A stretch of DNA of 64,000 nucleotides, from assembly GCA_018826075.1 (NCBI GenBank), contig JAHKAJ010000035.1, forward strand, positions 15,069 through 79,068, written 5' to 3'. The notes beneath the pieces are model-generated. The model worked only from the letters and a program-made list of their open reading frames with translations, made no database searches and had not been told where the DNA came from. Positions 28,346 to 38,898 of the stretch are shown piece by piece. The position numbers and the translations under genes were made by a program. This DNA is from Candidatus Omnitrophota bacterium. Its GTDB lineage: Bacteria > Omnitrophota > Gorgyraeia > Duberdicusellales > 4484-171. Position 1 is the first letter of the stretch, and each line of letters opens with the position of its first letter.

Positions 28346-28741
28346 ATGGAAAATGAGAATAATAAAGAAAAAACTATCGGCTATCCTAAAGAGGTGATCA
28401 ATCTTTTAAATGATCCGAGGTTTTTCGGCAGGATGAATGATCCTACTGGTTCAGCCTACTTAAAAGGGCCGTGCGGGGATTCGATGGAGTTTTATTTGAT
28501 AATCGAAGATGACAGGATTGCTGATATCAAATATTACACAGAAGGCTGTGGTGCTACAAGGGCTTGTGCTGCGATGGTTGCCTATTTAGCTTATAATAAG
28601 GCTATTAATCAAGCTTTGGATATTTCAGCCGGTGAGGTTATCCAGCAGTTAAAAGGTTTGCCCGAAGACCATTTGCACTGTTCAATACTTGCAGTAAGCA
28701 CTCTTTATCGGGCAATAGCCGATTATTTATTACGTTTTTGA
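28346..28741 (+). CDS. NifU/IscU-like Fe-S scaffold protein
   Basis: GPCGD, GC, LPEDHLHC. Confidence 0.88.
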   Translation: MENENNKEKTIGYPKEVINLLNDPRFFGRMNDPTGSAYLKGPCGDSMEFYLIIEDDRIADIKYYTEGCGATRACAAMVAYLAYNKAINQALDISAGEVIQQLKGLPEDHLHCSILAVSTLYRAIADYLLRF

Positions 28742-28771
28742 AATATTAATCAATTTTAAAAGGAGGTAGAG

Positions 28772-29131
28772 ATGGAGCAGAAGGCATTCGGGTATGAACT
28801 GATTATGGACTTGTATGATTGTGATTTAAAAACTATGAAGTCTAAGAAAAAAATTAGAGAATATGTCGATCGTCTTTGTAAATTAATCGATATGGAGAAA
28901 TACGGTAAATTGCATCTTCCTTATTTTGGCTTACAAAAAGCTCAGACCAAGGGCTATTCACTTTTACAATTTATTGAAACCAGTTCGATAACCGGGCATT
29001 TTAGCGAACACTGGCGCGTTTCTTATCTTAATGTTTTTTCCTGTAAATCTTTTGACCATAAAATTGCTTTAAAATTCACTAAGGAATTTTTTGCCGCGAG
29101 CCGCGTAAAGTCAAAATTTCTGGTGCGTTGA
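28772..29131 (+). CDS. Pyruvoyl-dependent S-adenosylmethionine decarboxylase family proenzyme
   Basis: DLYDC, QFIETSSITGHF, NVFSCK.FD. Confidence 0.8.
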   Translation: MEQKAFGYELIMDLYDCDLKTMKSKKKIREYVDRLCKLIDMEKYGKLHLPYFGLQKAQTKGYSLLQFIETSSITGHFSEHWRVSYLNVFSCKSFDHKIALKFTKEFFAASRVKSKFLVR

Positions 29132-29253
29132 TGTAGGCAAAATTAGATGAAAACCTATTTAGGTTACATCCCTTATTTTTTCAGGCAGGTTTTGGGAAGG
29201 GTGGTTTTGTAGTAGTAAGCGCTCAAAAGTTAAGTAGCTGCCGGTTTTAAATT

Positions 29254-29292
29254 ACTCCACAAATTAAAGCATTCCTGTTATAATATCCGCCT
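29254..29292 (+). promoter_or_regulatory. Copy of the repeated promoter element (TCCACA-17 bp-TATAAT with extended TG)
   Basis: ACTCCACAAA-N6-CATTCCTGTTATAATA, collinear with 40338-40376. Confidence 0.7.
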
Positions 29293-29334
29293 AATCGGGT
29301 TTTCTGGATTCACCCGATTTTTAAATTTTAAAAC

Positions 29335-30747
29335 ATGAACAATGCCCGTTTGCGTAAGGTAAATGACAGTATTACCAAAGGCAATCTGCGATTGTCGCTT
29401 TGGAAGCTGGCCGGACCGATGATAGCCAGCGCTCTTTTACATGATTTATTCAGCCTGGTAGACCTTTTCTTTGTCGGGCGCCTGGGTTATGTGGCTGTAG
29501 CGGCTTTGTCTATTTGCGGGGTGATCATTGCCATCATCATGATGATGGCAATCGGTATTTCCACCGGAACCACGGCTTTAGTGGCTCACTTTACCGGTAA
29601 AAAAGATTATCTTAGCGCTGATAATGTACTTTTCCAGACTATTGCCATTAGTGTTATCTGTTCTTTGGTCATGGTTTTTACCGGGATTTTCGGGACCACT
29701 TGGCTTTTACGGATATTCGGGGCAACCCCTGAGATTATTCCAGTTGCTTACGGCTACCTTAAAATAAGTTTTGTCTGGTCTATTTTTATATTTCTGTTTG
29801 TCGGCTTTACCCAGTCTTTGAGAGGGTCCGGAGACGTAGTAGTGCCTTTAAAGGTCCTTATTTTCGCCAACCTGCTCAATATTATTCTTGATCCGTTGTT
29901 TATCTTTGGGATCGGTTTTTTCCCGGGAATGGGGGTCAGCGGTTCAGCTGTAGCTACAGTTATCAGCCAGGCCGCCGGAGTATTAATTCTTTTAGGGCAT
30001 CTTATTTTCGGCCATTCCAGCCTGCATTTTAGCAAAAAAGCTTTTAAGATTAATTTTGGCGTTATCGGCCGGATGGTCAGGATAGGGTTCTTCGCTTCTT
30101 TTGAAGTATTGCTGCGTCAGGTATCACTTCTTCTCTTGGTCCGTTTAGTGGCTTCCTTCGGAGCAGCAGCCTTAGCCGCTTTCGGGATAGCCTTGAGATT
30201 ACGAATGGCAGTGATGATGGTGGGTATGGGTATGGGTATAGCCACCGCAGTCTTGATCGGCCAGAACATGGGTGCTGGCCAGCCCCAGAGGGCTATGCAG
30301 TCAGGCAAAGACACTTTAAAATATTACCAGTTGATCGTGATCCCGGCGGCAGTTTTGTTTTTTATTTTCGCCCCCCAAATAATTGGAGTTTTTAATAATC
30401 ATCCCGAGGTAATCAAAATCGGAACTAGCCTTTTACGTTTTGTTGCGGTCACCCTGCCTTTTTTAGCTTCAGCCTTGATTCTTGGCCGGGGCATGACCGG
30501 AGCCGGAGACACCATTGCTCCGGCAGTAATGACCGGGATTACTCAGCTGGGTTTACGTATCCCGATCGCCTACATATTGGCTTTAGCGGTTGGCATGGGG
30601 ACTAACGGTATCTGGCTGGGGATAAATGCTTCTGATGTTGTCCAGGGAGTGGCGATGTTCTGGTATTTTCGGAAAGGCTTTTGGCAGAAAAGATATCATA
30701 AACACCGGGCTATTCTGGAGGAAGTGGCACCGATTACTATTGCTTAA
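29335..30747 (+). CDS. MATE family efflux transporter
   Basis: VD..FVGRLG, LRGSGD, NIILDPLFIFG, GQNMGA; about 12 TM helices. Confidence 0.93.
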   Translation: MNNARLRKVNDSITKGNLRLSLWKLAGPMIASALLHDLFSLVDLFFVGRLGYVAVAALSICGVIIAIIMMMAIGISTGTTALVAHFTGKKDYLSADNVLFQTIAISVICSLVMVFTGIFGTTWLLRIFGATPEIIPVAYGYLKISFVWSIFIFLFVGFTQSLRGSGDVVVPLKVLIFANLLNIILDPLFIFGIGFFPGMGVSGSAVATVISQAAGVLILLGHLIFGHSSLHFSKKAFKINFGVIGRMVRIGFFASFEVLLRQVSLLLLVRLVASFGAAALAAFGIALRLRMAVMMVGMGMGIATAVLIGQNMGAGQPQRAMQSGKDTLKYYQLIVIPAAVLFFIFAPQIIGVFNNHPEVIKIGTSLLRFVAVTLPFLASALILGRGMTGAGDTIAPAVMTGITQLGLRIPIAYILALAVGMGTNGIWLGINASDVVQGVAMFWYFRKGFWQKRYHKHRAILEEVAPITIA

Positions 30748-30880
30748 ATATTTTTTTCTTATACAATGTTTTTTGCAGCCGAGGTCGTTTGGAAACTTTT
30801 TGGCGGCATATCCACATATCATGAGAAGGCTTTTGAAAAATGGCCAGCACACCGTTCGGATAGTAAAATAAGGTAAAAGT

Positions 30881-31858
30881 ATGGAAATTATTTTATTGGG
30901 CTTAACGCTTCTCTGCGGGGGGTATATCGGCTGGGCTATCGGTGCAAATGATGCTGCCAACTGCGTAGGTGCAGATATTGGTTCGGGCAAGATGACTCTT
31001 AAGCAGGGAATAGCTATTACCTGCGTTTTTAGCTTTTTAGGGGCAATACTTTTAGGCTCGAAAGTAATCAAGACAGTAGGTAAAGGTATAGTTGCTTTGG
31101 ACCAATTGGAGCCCCAGCTGAGTTTATTGGTTGCTTTAGCCGCCTGTTTTGGTGCGGGTACCTGGGTAATCATAGCTACTATGCGCGGCCTGCCGGTTTC
31201 AACCAGCCACTCTATAGTAGGCGCAGTAGGAGGAGCCGGGTTGGCCATCGGAGCACCGGTTATCTGGAAGAAATTACTGGATATTTTTATTTGCTGGTTT
31301 CTTACGCCGATCGGCGCGGCAATACTTTCCTATCTTTTATTCAGGCCTTTCCGTAGGCTATTTTATATGGTTGTGCCCAGGAAGTTCCATGATCCGGTGG
31401 TAACCTTTTTTATATTTGCCACTAGTATTTATTTAGCTTTTACCTGGGGCGGAAACGACGTTGCCAATGCTACTGGGGTGCTTGCCGGAGTTGGAATAAT
31501 GAGCTCAAAACAGGCAGCAGCTTTCGGAGCGATTGCGATAGTCATTGGAATTATAACTTTGGGCCGGAAAGTGATTCAGACAATCGGATTTAAAATTACC
31601 CGATTAACTCCCTTAATGACTATCGTGGCTGAGATAGCCAGCGGGATAAATGTACATGTCTATACAATTTTTGGGATACCGGTTTCAACCAGCCACTCTA
31701 TTATCGGAGCAGTCGCCGGTGTAGGCTTGGTTAAAGGCATAAAAATGATAAATAAAAGATTGATTGGCGAAATAATCCTGGTTTGGAGCCTTACTCCTTT
31801 AGCCAGCGGTATTTTGTCGTACTTGACTATAAGGTTTATTAAATTGTTTTTTAGATAA
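30881..31858 (+). CDS. PiT family inorganic phosphate transporter
   Basis: GANDAAN, GLPVSTSH, GGNDVAN, GIPVSTSH. Confidence 0.93.
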   Translation: MEIILLGLTLLCGGYIGWAIGANDAANCVGADIGSGKMTLKQGIAITCVFSFLGAILLGSKVIKTVGKGIVALDQLEPQLSLLVALAACFGAGTWVIIATMRGLPVSTSHSIVGAVGGAGLAIGAPVIWKKLLDIFICWFLTPIGAAILSYLLFRPFRRLFYMVVPRKFHDPVVTFFIFATSIYLAFTWGGNDVANATGVLAGVGIMSSKQAAAFGAIAIVIGIITLGRKVIQTIGFKITRLTPLMTIVAEIASGINVHVYTIFGIPVSTSHSIIGAVAGVGLVKGIKMINKRLIGEIILVWSLTPLASGILSYLTIRFIKLFFR

Positions 31859-31872
31859 AAGGAGGAGTTGAA

Positions 31873-32541
31873 ATGGAAAGGCCTAAAAACATATTCGGAT
31901 GGTTTGGGATGAAGCAGGAGGAATTGGTTTTAGAAGATGCCAAGAAACATGTGGAAATTACTTATCAGACTGTAGACTGGTTTAAAAAGGCAATTTCAGC
32001 CTTTGTTGCCGGTAATAACCGGGAAAAAAACGAAGCCATTGAAAAGGTAAGCGAGTGCGAACGCCAGGCCGATGAACTTAGAAAAAAAATGGTTAATGAA
32101 TTGTCGGAGGGTTTATTAGTTGCTCCTGACCGCGAGGATTTAATGCATTTTGTTAAGTCTTTGGACAGGATAGCCGATTGGACCAATGGAGCGGCCCGCT
32201 TACTGGGGTTTATTGAACAGAAACTTCCTGACAATGTATTGGAAAATATTTCTTTGGCTACGGATTTGATTTTCAACTCTATTACCAAACTTAGAGAGGC
32301 TATCCAATCATTAATCAGTAATGATTTTAAGAAATCTCTTAAGGATTGTGAAGAGGTAGACCATATAGAGCATTCTGCCGATGAACAAAAAAAAGTTTTG
32401 ATTGGGGTAATTATCCATGCGCGGCTTGAGCCGACCAGTCTTCTTTTGACTTATCAATTGGCCGAGTATTTAGAAGGAGTGACTGATAAAATTGAAGACG
32501 CCGCTGATTTTATTAAAGTTGTGGCTGTAAGAGTAAACTAG
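31873..32541 (+). CDS. DUF47 PhoU-like phosphate transport regulator
   Basis: E..AD repeats, DREDL, D.IAD, DKIEDAAD; follows PiT. Confidence 0.9.
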   Translation: MERPKNIFGWFGMKQEELVLEDAKKHVEITYQTVDWFKKAISAFVAGNNREKNEAIEKVSECERQADELRKKMVNELSEGLLVAPDREDLMHFVKSLDRIADWTNGAARLLGFIEQKLPDNVLENISLATDLIFNSITKLREAIQSLISNDFKKSLKDCEEVDHIEHSADEQKKVLIGVIIHARLEPTSLLLTYQLAEYLEGVTDKIEDAADFIKVVAVRVN

Positions 32542-32551
32542 GTTAGTTTAT

Positions 32552-33511
32552 ATGGCAATTTCGATATCTCTGTTCAGTATTGGTTTTGTTTTGCTAGTCA
32601 AGGGAGCTGATTTTCTGGTTGAAGGTGCAAGCTTCCTAGCAAAAAGATTAAAAGTTACGGATTTGGTAATCGGCTTGACTGTAGTAGCCTTCGGCACGTC
32701 TACCCCGGAGCTGTTTGTAAATCTATTTGCCAGCATACAGGGGAATTCCGGGATTGCTATCGGGAATATATTGGGAAGCAACATTTTTAACTTACTTTTT
32801 ATTCTGGGCGTAGCTTCTTTGATTTATCCCCTGACTGTTGCCAGAGGCACGGTTTGGAAAGAGATTCCTTTCAGCCTTCTTGCGGCAGTCATCCTGGGGG
32901 TAGTGGCTAATGATGTTTTGTTTGATCAAGGAAATTCTTCCCTGATTAGTTGGATAGACGGTTTTATTTTTATGTCTTTTTTTGGAATTTTTATCTATTA
33001 CCTTGCGGCGATAGCCAGAGATTCCCGAAATAACCAGCAAGCCGATAAAGATAAAAAGAGCCTGGTTAAAATTTTTGCCGCGCTCACAATCGGCCTTTTG
33101 GGATTAGCCTTCGGGGGTAATTTAGTAGCCAGGGGGGCTGTAGATATTGCCAGCCGTTTAGGAGTCAGCCAGTCGTTCATCGGCTTAACCATCGTTGCTA
33201 TAGGAACATCTCTGCCGGAGTTAGCCACTTCAGCGGTTGCCGCCTGCAAGAAAAATTCCGATATCGCCGTCGGCAATATTATTGGTTCAAACATTTTCAA
33301 TATCTTTTTCATTTTGGGAATTTCGGCATTAATCAAGCCTCTGCCGTTAACCGGGCAGATCAATACGGATATTTTAGTGTTGATAGGGGCAAGTTTACTT
33401 TTGTTCTTTTTTATGTTTACCGGCAACCGGCGTACTCTTGACCGGTGGGAAGGGGTAGTTTTTATTTTACTTTATATCGGTTATCTGGTTTTTTTGATTG
33501 AGAGGGGATGA
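32552..33511 (+). CDS. Ca2+/Na+ antiporter (CaCA, YrbG-like)
   Basis: GTSTPEL/GTSLPEL alpha repeats, GNI.GSNIFN twice. Confidence 0.93.
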   Translation: MAISISLFSIGFVLLVKGADFLVEGASFLAKRLKVTDLVIGLTVVAFGTSTPELFVNLFASIQGNSGIAIGNILGSNIFNLLFILGVASLIYPLTVARGTVWKEIPFSLLAAVILGVVANDVLFDQGNSSLISWIDGFIFMSFFGIFIYYLAAIARDSRNNQQADKDKKSLVKIFAALTIGLLGLAFGGNLVARGAVDIASRLGVSQSFIGLTIVAIGTSLPELATSAVAACKKNSDIAVGNIIGSNIFNIFFILGISALIKPLPLTGQINTDILVLIGASLLLFFFMFTGNRRTLDRWEGVVFILLYIGYLVFLIERG

Positions 33512-33536
33512 ATTACCAAAATATAGGAGGTGCCTG

Positions 33537-34121
33537 ATGAAGATCAGAACGGTTTTGTTTTTGCTTCTGGTTGTTTTTGCTTTTTCCGGATGTGCTACCA
33601 TTAAGAAAGCCCGCAGGGTAGACACATTGGAAAGAGAACTTTCAGAGTTGGAAATGGCTAAGCGTGAATTGGAAAACTCGCTCAAAAAAGAAATTGGAAA
33701 TTATAAGGCTAAATTGGAGATGACTGAACGCGGCCTGGTAGTTACTTTTCTTTCTGAGGTGTTTTTCGATTCCGGCAAAGACTTGATTAAAGAAGAGGGT
33801 AAAGAATCAATTCGTAAAGTTGCCGAAGTCCTAAACCGGGATGTTCCTGCCTCTGCCGTGGCAGTTGAAGGTCATACTGATGATGACCCTATAAAATACT
33901 CCGGCTGGAAGTCAAACTGGGAGCTTTCTTCGGCCCGAGCCTTGGCAGTTCTGCATTTCCTTATTGATGAATGTCAGGTTGCTCCTGAGCGGCTTTCGGC
34001 TAATGCTTATGGTGAATATCACTCGGTTGAGCCTAATGATTCTCCGGAAAACAAGGAAAAAAACCGCCGGGTTGAGATCGTAATCTTGCCCTCTAAATTA
34101 AGTAAACAGAAAGCAGAGTAG
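33537..34121 (+). CDS. OmpA/MotB-family peptidoglycan-binding lipoprotein
   Basis: Lipobox FSGC, EGHTD, NWELSSARA, NRRVEI. Confidence 0.88.
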   Translation: MKIRTVLFLLLVVFAFSGCATIKKARRVDTLERELSELEMAKRELENSLKKEIGNYKAKLEMTERGLVVTFLSEVFFDSGKDLIKEEGKESIRKVAEVLNRDVPASAVAVEGHTDDDPIKYSGWKSNWELSSARALAVLHFLIDECQVAPERLSANAYGEYHSVEPNDSPENKEKNRRVEIVILPSKLSKQKAE

Positions 34122-34166
34122 GGGCCAGGTTTAATACCGCGCCCAGCTGTTAAATCGTATATTTGC

Positions 34167-35246
34167 ATGAATGATATTCCCTGTCAAGAACGCCGCTTAA
34201 GTTTTTTTGAGCGATACCTCACGCTTTGGGTGGTTGGTTGTATCGGGTTTGGTATCCTGTTGGGTAAATTATTCCCTCAGCTGGCAGTGACTCTCGACCA
34301 ATTTTCGATATATCAAGTTTCAATCCCTATAGCGATCTGTCTTTTCTTTATGATGTATCCGATAATGGTCAAGATTGATTTTGCTGAGGTAGTCAAGGCC
34401 GGCAAGACTCCAAAACCGGTTATTCTTACTTTGTTTGTGAATTGGTGTATAAAACCGTTCACTATGCTGGCCATCGCTATGTTTTTCCTTGGGTTTTTGT
34501 TTAAAGGGTGGTTGCCGGGAGTGGAGATTGTTAAAGGCGGGGCAGAAGTGGAATTATTCAGGTCATATATCGCCGGATGTATTCTTTTGGGTATTGCTCC
34601 CTGTACGGCAATGGTTTTGATCTGGGGGCATCTTTCCAAGGGTAACGACGGTCACACCTTGGTAATGGTGGCGATCAATTCTTTGACTATGCTATTTTTA
34701 TATGCGCCTTTGGGAGGATGGCTTTTAGGTGTGAATAAGATGCAGATCCCCTGGCAGACGATTATTTTGTCAGTGATTATCTATGTGGGCTTACCGTTGT
34801 TTCTGGGGTACCACTCAAGAAAATGGTTAATCGCCAGAAAGGGGATCGGGTGGTTTAAGGAAAAATTTCTGCATTACCTGACCCCGGTTTCAATATCGGC
34901 TTTACTTCTTACTTTGGTTTTGCTTTTTTCTTTTAAGGGCGAGTTGATCATCAACCAGCCGCAGATAATTTTTTTAATCGCCATACCGCTGTTTATCCAA
35001 ACTTGTCTTATTTTTGCTATAACCTACTGCATGGCTAAATGGTTAAAATTACCTTATCGAGACGCCGCACCTTCGGCTTTGATCGGAGCCAGCAACCATT
35101 TTGAGGTAGCCATAGCAACCTCAACCATTCTTTTTGGCATATCTTCCGGCGCTGCCCTGGCAACCGTTGTCGGGGTGTTGATTGAAGTTCCGGTAATGCT
35201 GATGCTGGTCAGGGTTTGCCTGAAGACTCAGAACTGGTTTAAATAA
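34167..35246 (+). CDS. acr3: Arsenite efflux transporter Acr3
   Basis: [39 protein letters not shown]. Confidence 0.95.
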   Translation: MNDIPCQERRLSFFERYLTLWVVGCIGFGILLGKLFPQLAVTLDQFSIYQVSIPIAICLFFMMYPIMVKIDFAEVVKAGKTPKPVILTLFVNWCIKPFTMLAIAMFFLGFLFKGWLPGVEIVKGGAEVELFRSYIAGCILLGIAPCTAMVLIWGHLSKGNDGHTLVMVAINSLTMLFLYAPLGGWLLGVNKMQIPWQTIILSVIIYVGLPLFLGYHSRKWLIARKGIGWFKEKFLHYLTPVSISALLLTLVLLFSFKGELIINQPQIIFLIAIPLFIQTCLIFAITYCMAKWLKLPYRDAAPSALIGASNHFEVAIATSTILFGISSGAALATVVGVLIEVPVMLMLVRVCLKTQNWFK

Positions 35247-35290
35247 CCAGCTGACCCAAACCGTATTCAAATAGTTACCTCATCCGGTCA

Positions 35291-35310
35291 CATTCCTGTT
35301 ATAATGTCTA
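35291..35310 (+). promoter_or_regulatory. Copy of the repeated promoter core
   Basis: CATTCCTGTTATAAT identical to 29270-29284. Confidence 0.6.
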
Positions 35311-35357
35311 CTGAAGGCGGTATTTGTTAGTATAGCAGATTCCTTTAAGTCAAAAAT

Positions 35358-36953
35358 ATGCTTGATACAGCAAAAAAAAGATGTCGTTTAAGGATCATAA
35401 TCCCGGCTTATCCGGCTTTCAATATCTATTCCCGCGTCGCCAGAGGGACTACGTCTTTGGGCCCAGTGTGCGTCGCCAGCGCCGCCAATAAAATGGAAAA
35501 ATGGGATGTTGAGGTTATCGATGAAAATAATCTTCGCAGATACGGCCCTAAAGGTAATGTCAGTGGAGCCGATCATGAATTTCTTCAATCTTTAAGGCCG
35601 GCGGACGTAGTGGGGTTTTACGGCGGCCTGACCAGCACTATACCCAGGCTATATAAGATAGCCAGATTTTACAAAGATAGAGGCGTTATAACTGTTGCCG
35701 GCGGACAGCATTTTGCAGAGGAGAATGTTCCCGAAGCACTTAATTCAGGAGTTGATTACATAGTTATTGGCGAAGGCGAGGAAGCCATAGGAGAACTTTT
35801 AGAGGTTTTTGAAGGCAGGCGCCAGCTAAACACGGTTAAAGGTATAGCTTATCGGGATAACAACAGAGAAATTGTCTATACCGCGAAAAGAGAACCAATC
35901 ATTGATTTTGACAAATTACCTATACCGGATTTTTCTTTAGTGCGTTATGCCAAGATTAAACTTTATCCGGTTGAAAGAATAAGGGGCTGCGGCATGGATT
36001 GTGAATTCTGTACCGTTAAAGGTAAGCCAAGATATTCTTCAGTTGAGCGGATGATAGAACGGATAAGCCTTATTTTGGAGACAAAGGATGCCCGGCATTT
36101 TTTCATTGTTGATGACCTTTTCGGCCAGCAAAGAGATGAGACGATACGGTTTTGCAATCTGCTCAGGGATTATCAAAAAAATATAAGAAAAAGACTGGAT
36201 TTTAGCGTTCAGATACGGTTAGATAAGGCTAATGATCATGAGCTGCTTTTGGCTATGCGCCAGGCTGGCATAAATACAGTAGCCATTGGCTTTGAGTCGC
36301 CGATAGAGGAAGAGTTAAAGGCTATGCGTAAACGCATCAGGCCGGAAGATATATTGAAACTTACAAAAACCTTTCATAAATTCGGATTTTTAATCCACGG
36401 AATGTTTATTTTTGGTTACCCTATGAAAGAAGGCGTATCCTTCAGCATGCCGGCCAAAGAGAGGGTAAAACGCTTCAGGAATTTTATTAAGAAAGCAAAG
36501 CTGGATACCATACAGGTTCTTTTACCCGGGCCTTTAGCCGGAACAGAGCTGTATAAAAGGCTGATGCGGCAAAACAGGGTATACCCTACAAGTGAGGTGG
36601 GCTGGGAATATTACGATGGTAATTTCCCGCTTTTTGAGCCCGATAAACCATTGAGCGCGGAAGAGATGCAGGACTCGGTTAGGAAAATCATGGGCAATTT
36701 TTACCACTTTAAGCACCTGTTTAGAATTGGCCTAAATATATTTTCTTTTCCGGCCCTGGTTTTTTTTATGCATGATATTACCTACGGCTGGAGGATTTGG
36801 TATCGGTCCTGGCGTAATGATCTGCTGCGTTTTGGCGGCTGGCTTACCATCAAAGAATGGGCTACAAAATTCAGAAAAGACCCGTTTTTGCAAAAGTTAC
36901 AGCAGGCAAAAAAACATATAAAAGACACTCAAGAGAAACAGGTTAATCACTAG
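35358..36953 (+). CDS. B12-binding-domain radical SAM protein
   Basis: AGGQH, GEGE, RGCGMDCEFC, DD, GFES. Confidence 0.88.
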   Translation: MLDTAKKRCRLRIIIPAYPAFNIYSRVARGTTSLGPVCVASAANKMEKWDVEVIDENNLRRYGPKGNVSGADHEFLQSLRPADVVGFYGGLTSTIPRLYKIARFYKDRGVITVAGGQHFAEENVPEALNSGVDYIVIGEGEEAIGELLEVFEGRRQLNTVKGIAYRDNNREIVYTAKREPIIDFDKLPIPDFSLVRYAKIKLYPVERIRGCGMDCEFCTVKGKPRYSSVERMIERISLILETKDARHFFIVDDLFGQQRDETIRFCNLLRDYQKNIRKRLDFSVQIRLDKANDHELLLAMRQAGINTVAIGFESPIEEELKAMRKRIRPEDILKLTKTFHKFGFLIHGMFIFGYPMKEGVSFSMPAKERVKRFRNFIKKAKLDTIQVLLPGPLAGTELYKRLMRQNRVYPTSEVGWEYYDGNFPLFEPDKPLSAEEMQDSVRKIMGNFYHFKHLFRIGLNIFSFPALVFFMHDITYGWRIWYRSWRNDLLRFGGWLTIKEWATKFRKDPFLQKLQQAKKHIKDTQEKQVNH

Positions 36954-37086
36954 CTGCCCGGCTACACTTTTCTTATTAAATAATATTTTTTTGCTATAAC
37001 GTCTAAATTTGAAATGGCAATTTAAACGTTCAGGGGAGGTCCTGGGTGGTAACCAAGAGTTTTGAAATGCGAAGAATAGGAATAAG

Positions 37087-38898
37087 ATGAAAAATTACGA
37101 TTACGCGATTATCGGTAATTGCACTAGCTCTGCTTTGATCTCCAGCGATTGCAGTATAGATTGGCTGTGCCTTCCTTTTTTTGATTCCCCATCGGTATTT
37201 GCTAAGATTCTCGATGAGAATAAGGGAGGCTATTTTAAAGTATCCGCCGCAAAGCTAATAAAGATAGAACAGCACTATGTTGTCCACACGCCGATTTTAC
37301 GGACTATCTTTACCACCGAAGACGGGGTTTTTGAGTTGAGGGATTATATGCCTCGTTTCCTTACTTTAAGAGATGAGTATTACTGTCCGCCTGAGATCCA
37401 TCGGGATATCTTACTTATTTCCGGCAATCCAGAGATTATCGTTGAGTTGAAACCAAAACCTAATTATGCCTTAAGTGACAGTGAGTTGATTTTAGAAAAT
37501 AACCACCTAAAGATCACTTCCCAGAAAGGTGAATATGCAAGCTTCTATTTGTATAGTAATTTAGACTATAACAAAATTATTAAATCAGAGCCAATCAAGC
37601 TAAAAGGAACCTCTTTTTTGGTTTTTTCTTATCACGAAAAACTCCAAGACGTAGACACAGATAAGATATACATCGAATATGAAAAAACCAAGACTTACTG
37701 GCTGGATTGGGTATACCGGACAAAGGTTCCTTCAAAATATAAAGATCTGCTTATCCGTTCGGCCATCACTCTTAAGCTGCTTACCTATCAGCGTTCGGGA
37801 GCGGTTATTGCGGCACCGACAACATCATTACCGGAGATAATCGGTAAAGACCGGAATTGGGATTATCGATATTGTTGGATTAGGGATGCTTCGATGATCG
37901 TCGATCTGTATACTAGGATCGGCCATATGCGTTCGGCCCAGCGCTATATGAATTTTGTATTAAATCGAAGGTTGTTAAAACACGAGAACATATCGGTTAT
38001 GTACGGAATAAACGGGGAAAGGTTATTAACTGAAAAAACCTTAGAGCATTTAAGCGGTTACCAGGGGTCTAAGCCGGTGCGAATTGGTAACGATGCCTAT
38101 AAACAGGTGCAAAATGATATCTATGGCCAGCTCATCGAGGCCATCTATACCTATCTTATAACTAACCGCAGAGGCCGGATCACTATAGACGAAGAGATTT
38201 GGACAGTGGTCAGGGATTTAGCTAATAATGTGATAAAAAAATGGCGCCAGCCGGATAACGGGATATGGGAACGCCGGGGGGAATTAAGGCACTATGTCCA
38301 TTCCAAAGTGATGAGTTGGGTGGCTATGGACAGGGCGGCCAAGATCGCCAGTTTTATCGGAAGGCCTAGCAATACCGAAAAGTGGTTAAAAATAGCTTCT
38401 GAGATCAAACAAGACATATTAGAAAATGGTTGGGACCAAGAACGAGAGTCATTTGTTATGTATTATGGCAGCCAGGAGTTGGATGCCGCCAATCTTTTGA
38501 TGCTGCATTATGGTTTCCTTGATAAGAGTGATCCTAGGATGGTCAGTACAGTGAAAAAGACCCATGAGGAATTGACCCGGTCCGGTTTTACTTTTCGCTA
38601 CATCTCCGAGGATGAATTCGGCCAGCCGGAAAATGCCTTTATCGTCTGCACCTTTTGGATGATTAATGCTTTGTGTCTAATCGGAGAAGAAAAAAAGAGC
38701 CGGGAGATGTTGGAGAATATTTTGCGTTGTTTAAATAAATTCAATCTTTTTTCTGAAGACGTAGAAATCAATTCCGGCCGTTTGACCGGCAATTTTCCGC
38801 AAGGGTATTCACACCTGGCTTTGATTCAGACTATTCTGCTTTTGGAAACGAATTATAACTGGAGTGACGCTTCAGCAATACAAAATTTTAACATATAA
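37087..38898 (+). CDS. Glycoside hydrolase family 15 (trehalase/glucoamylase-like)
   Basis: IDWLC.P.FDSPSVF, AAPTTSLPE, RNWDYRYCW.RD, GNFPQ.YSH. Confidence 0.93.
   Translation: MKNYDYAIIGNCTSSALISSDCSIDWLCLPFFDSPSVFAKILDENKGGYFKVSAAKLIKIEQHYVVHTPILRTIFTTEDGVFELRDYMPRFLTLRDEYYCPPEIHRDILLISGNPEIIVELKPKPNYALSDSELILENNHLKITSQKGEYASFYLYSNLDYNKIIKSEPIKLKGTSFLVFSYHEKLQDVDTDKIYIEYEKTKTYWLDWVYRTKVPSKYKDLLIRSAITLKLLTYQRSGAVIAAPTTSLPEIIGKDRNWDYRYCWIRDASMIVDLYTRIGHMRSAQRYMNFVLNRRLLKHENISVMYGINGERLLTEKTLEHLSGYQGSKPVRIGNDAYKQVQNDIYGQLIEAIYTYLITNRRGRITIDEEIWTVVRDLANNVIKKWRQPDNGIWERRGELRHYVHSKVMSWVAMDRAAKIASFIGRPSNTEKWLKIASEIKQDILENGWDQERESFVMYYGSQELDAANLLMLHYGFLDKSDPRMVSTVKKTHEELTRSGFTFRYISEDEFGQPENAFIVCTFWMINALCLIGEEKKSREMLENILRCLNKFNLFSEDVEINSGRLTGNFPQGYSHLALIQTILLLETNYNWSDASAIQNFNI

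Noticed and set aside
24169-28741. Nitrogen fixation cluster
   Set aside because: Only NifX-like and NifU-like domains; no nifHDK/ENB
29147-29212. Short ORF MKTYLGYIP... as another miaB stub
   Set aside because: No T.GCQ core; similarity is at chance level
30766-30876. Short ORF containing KLFGG between MATE and PiT as a miaB stub
   Set aside because: Too weak, and no associated promoter motif
33537-34121. Flagellar MotB call
   Set aside because: It has a lipobox rather than the Asp-containing TM helix, and no motA is adjacent
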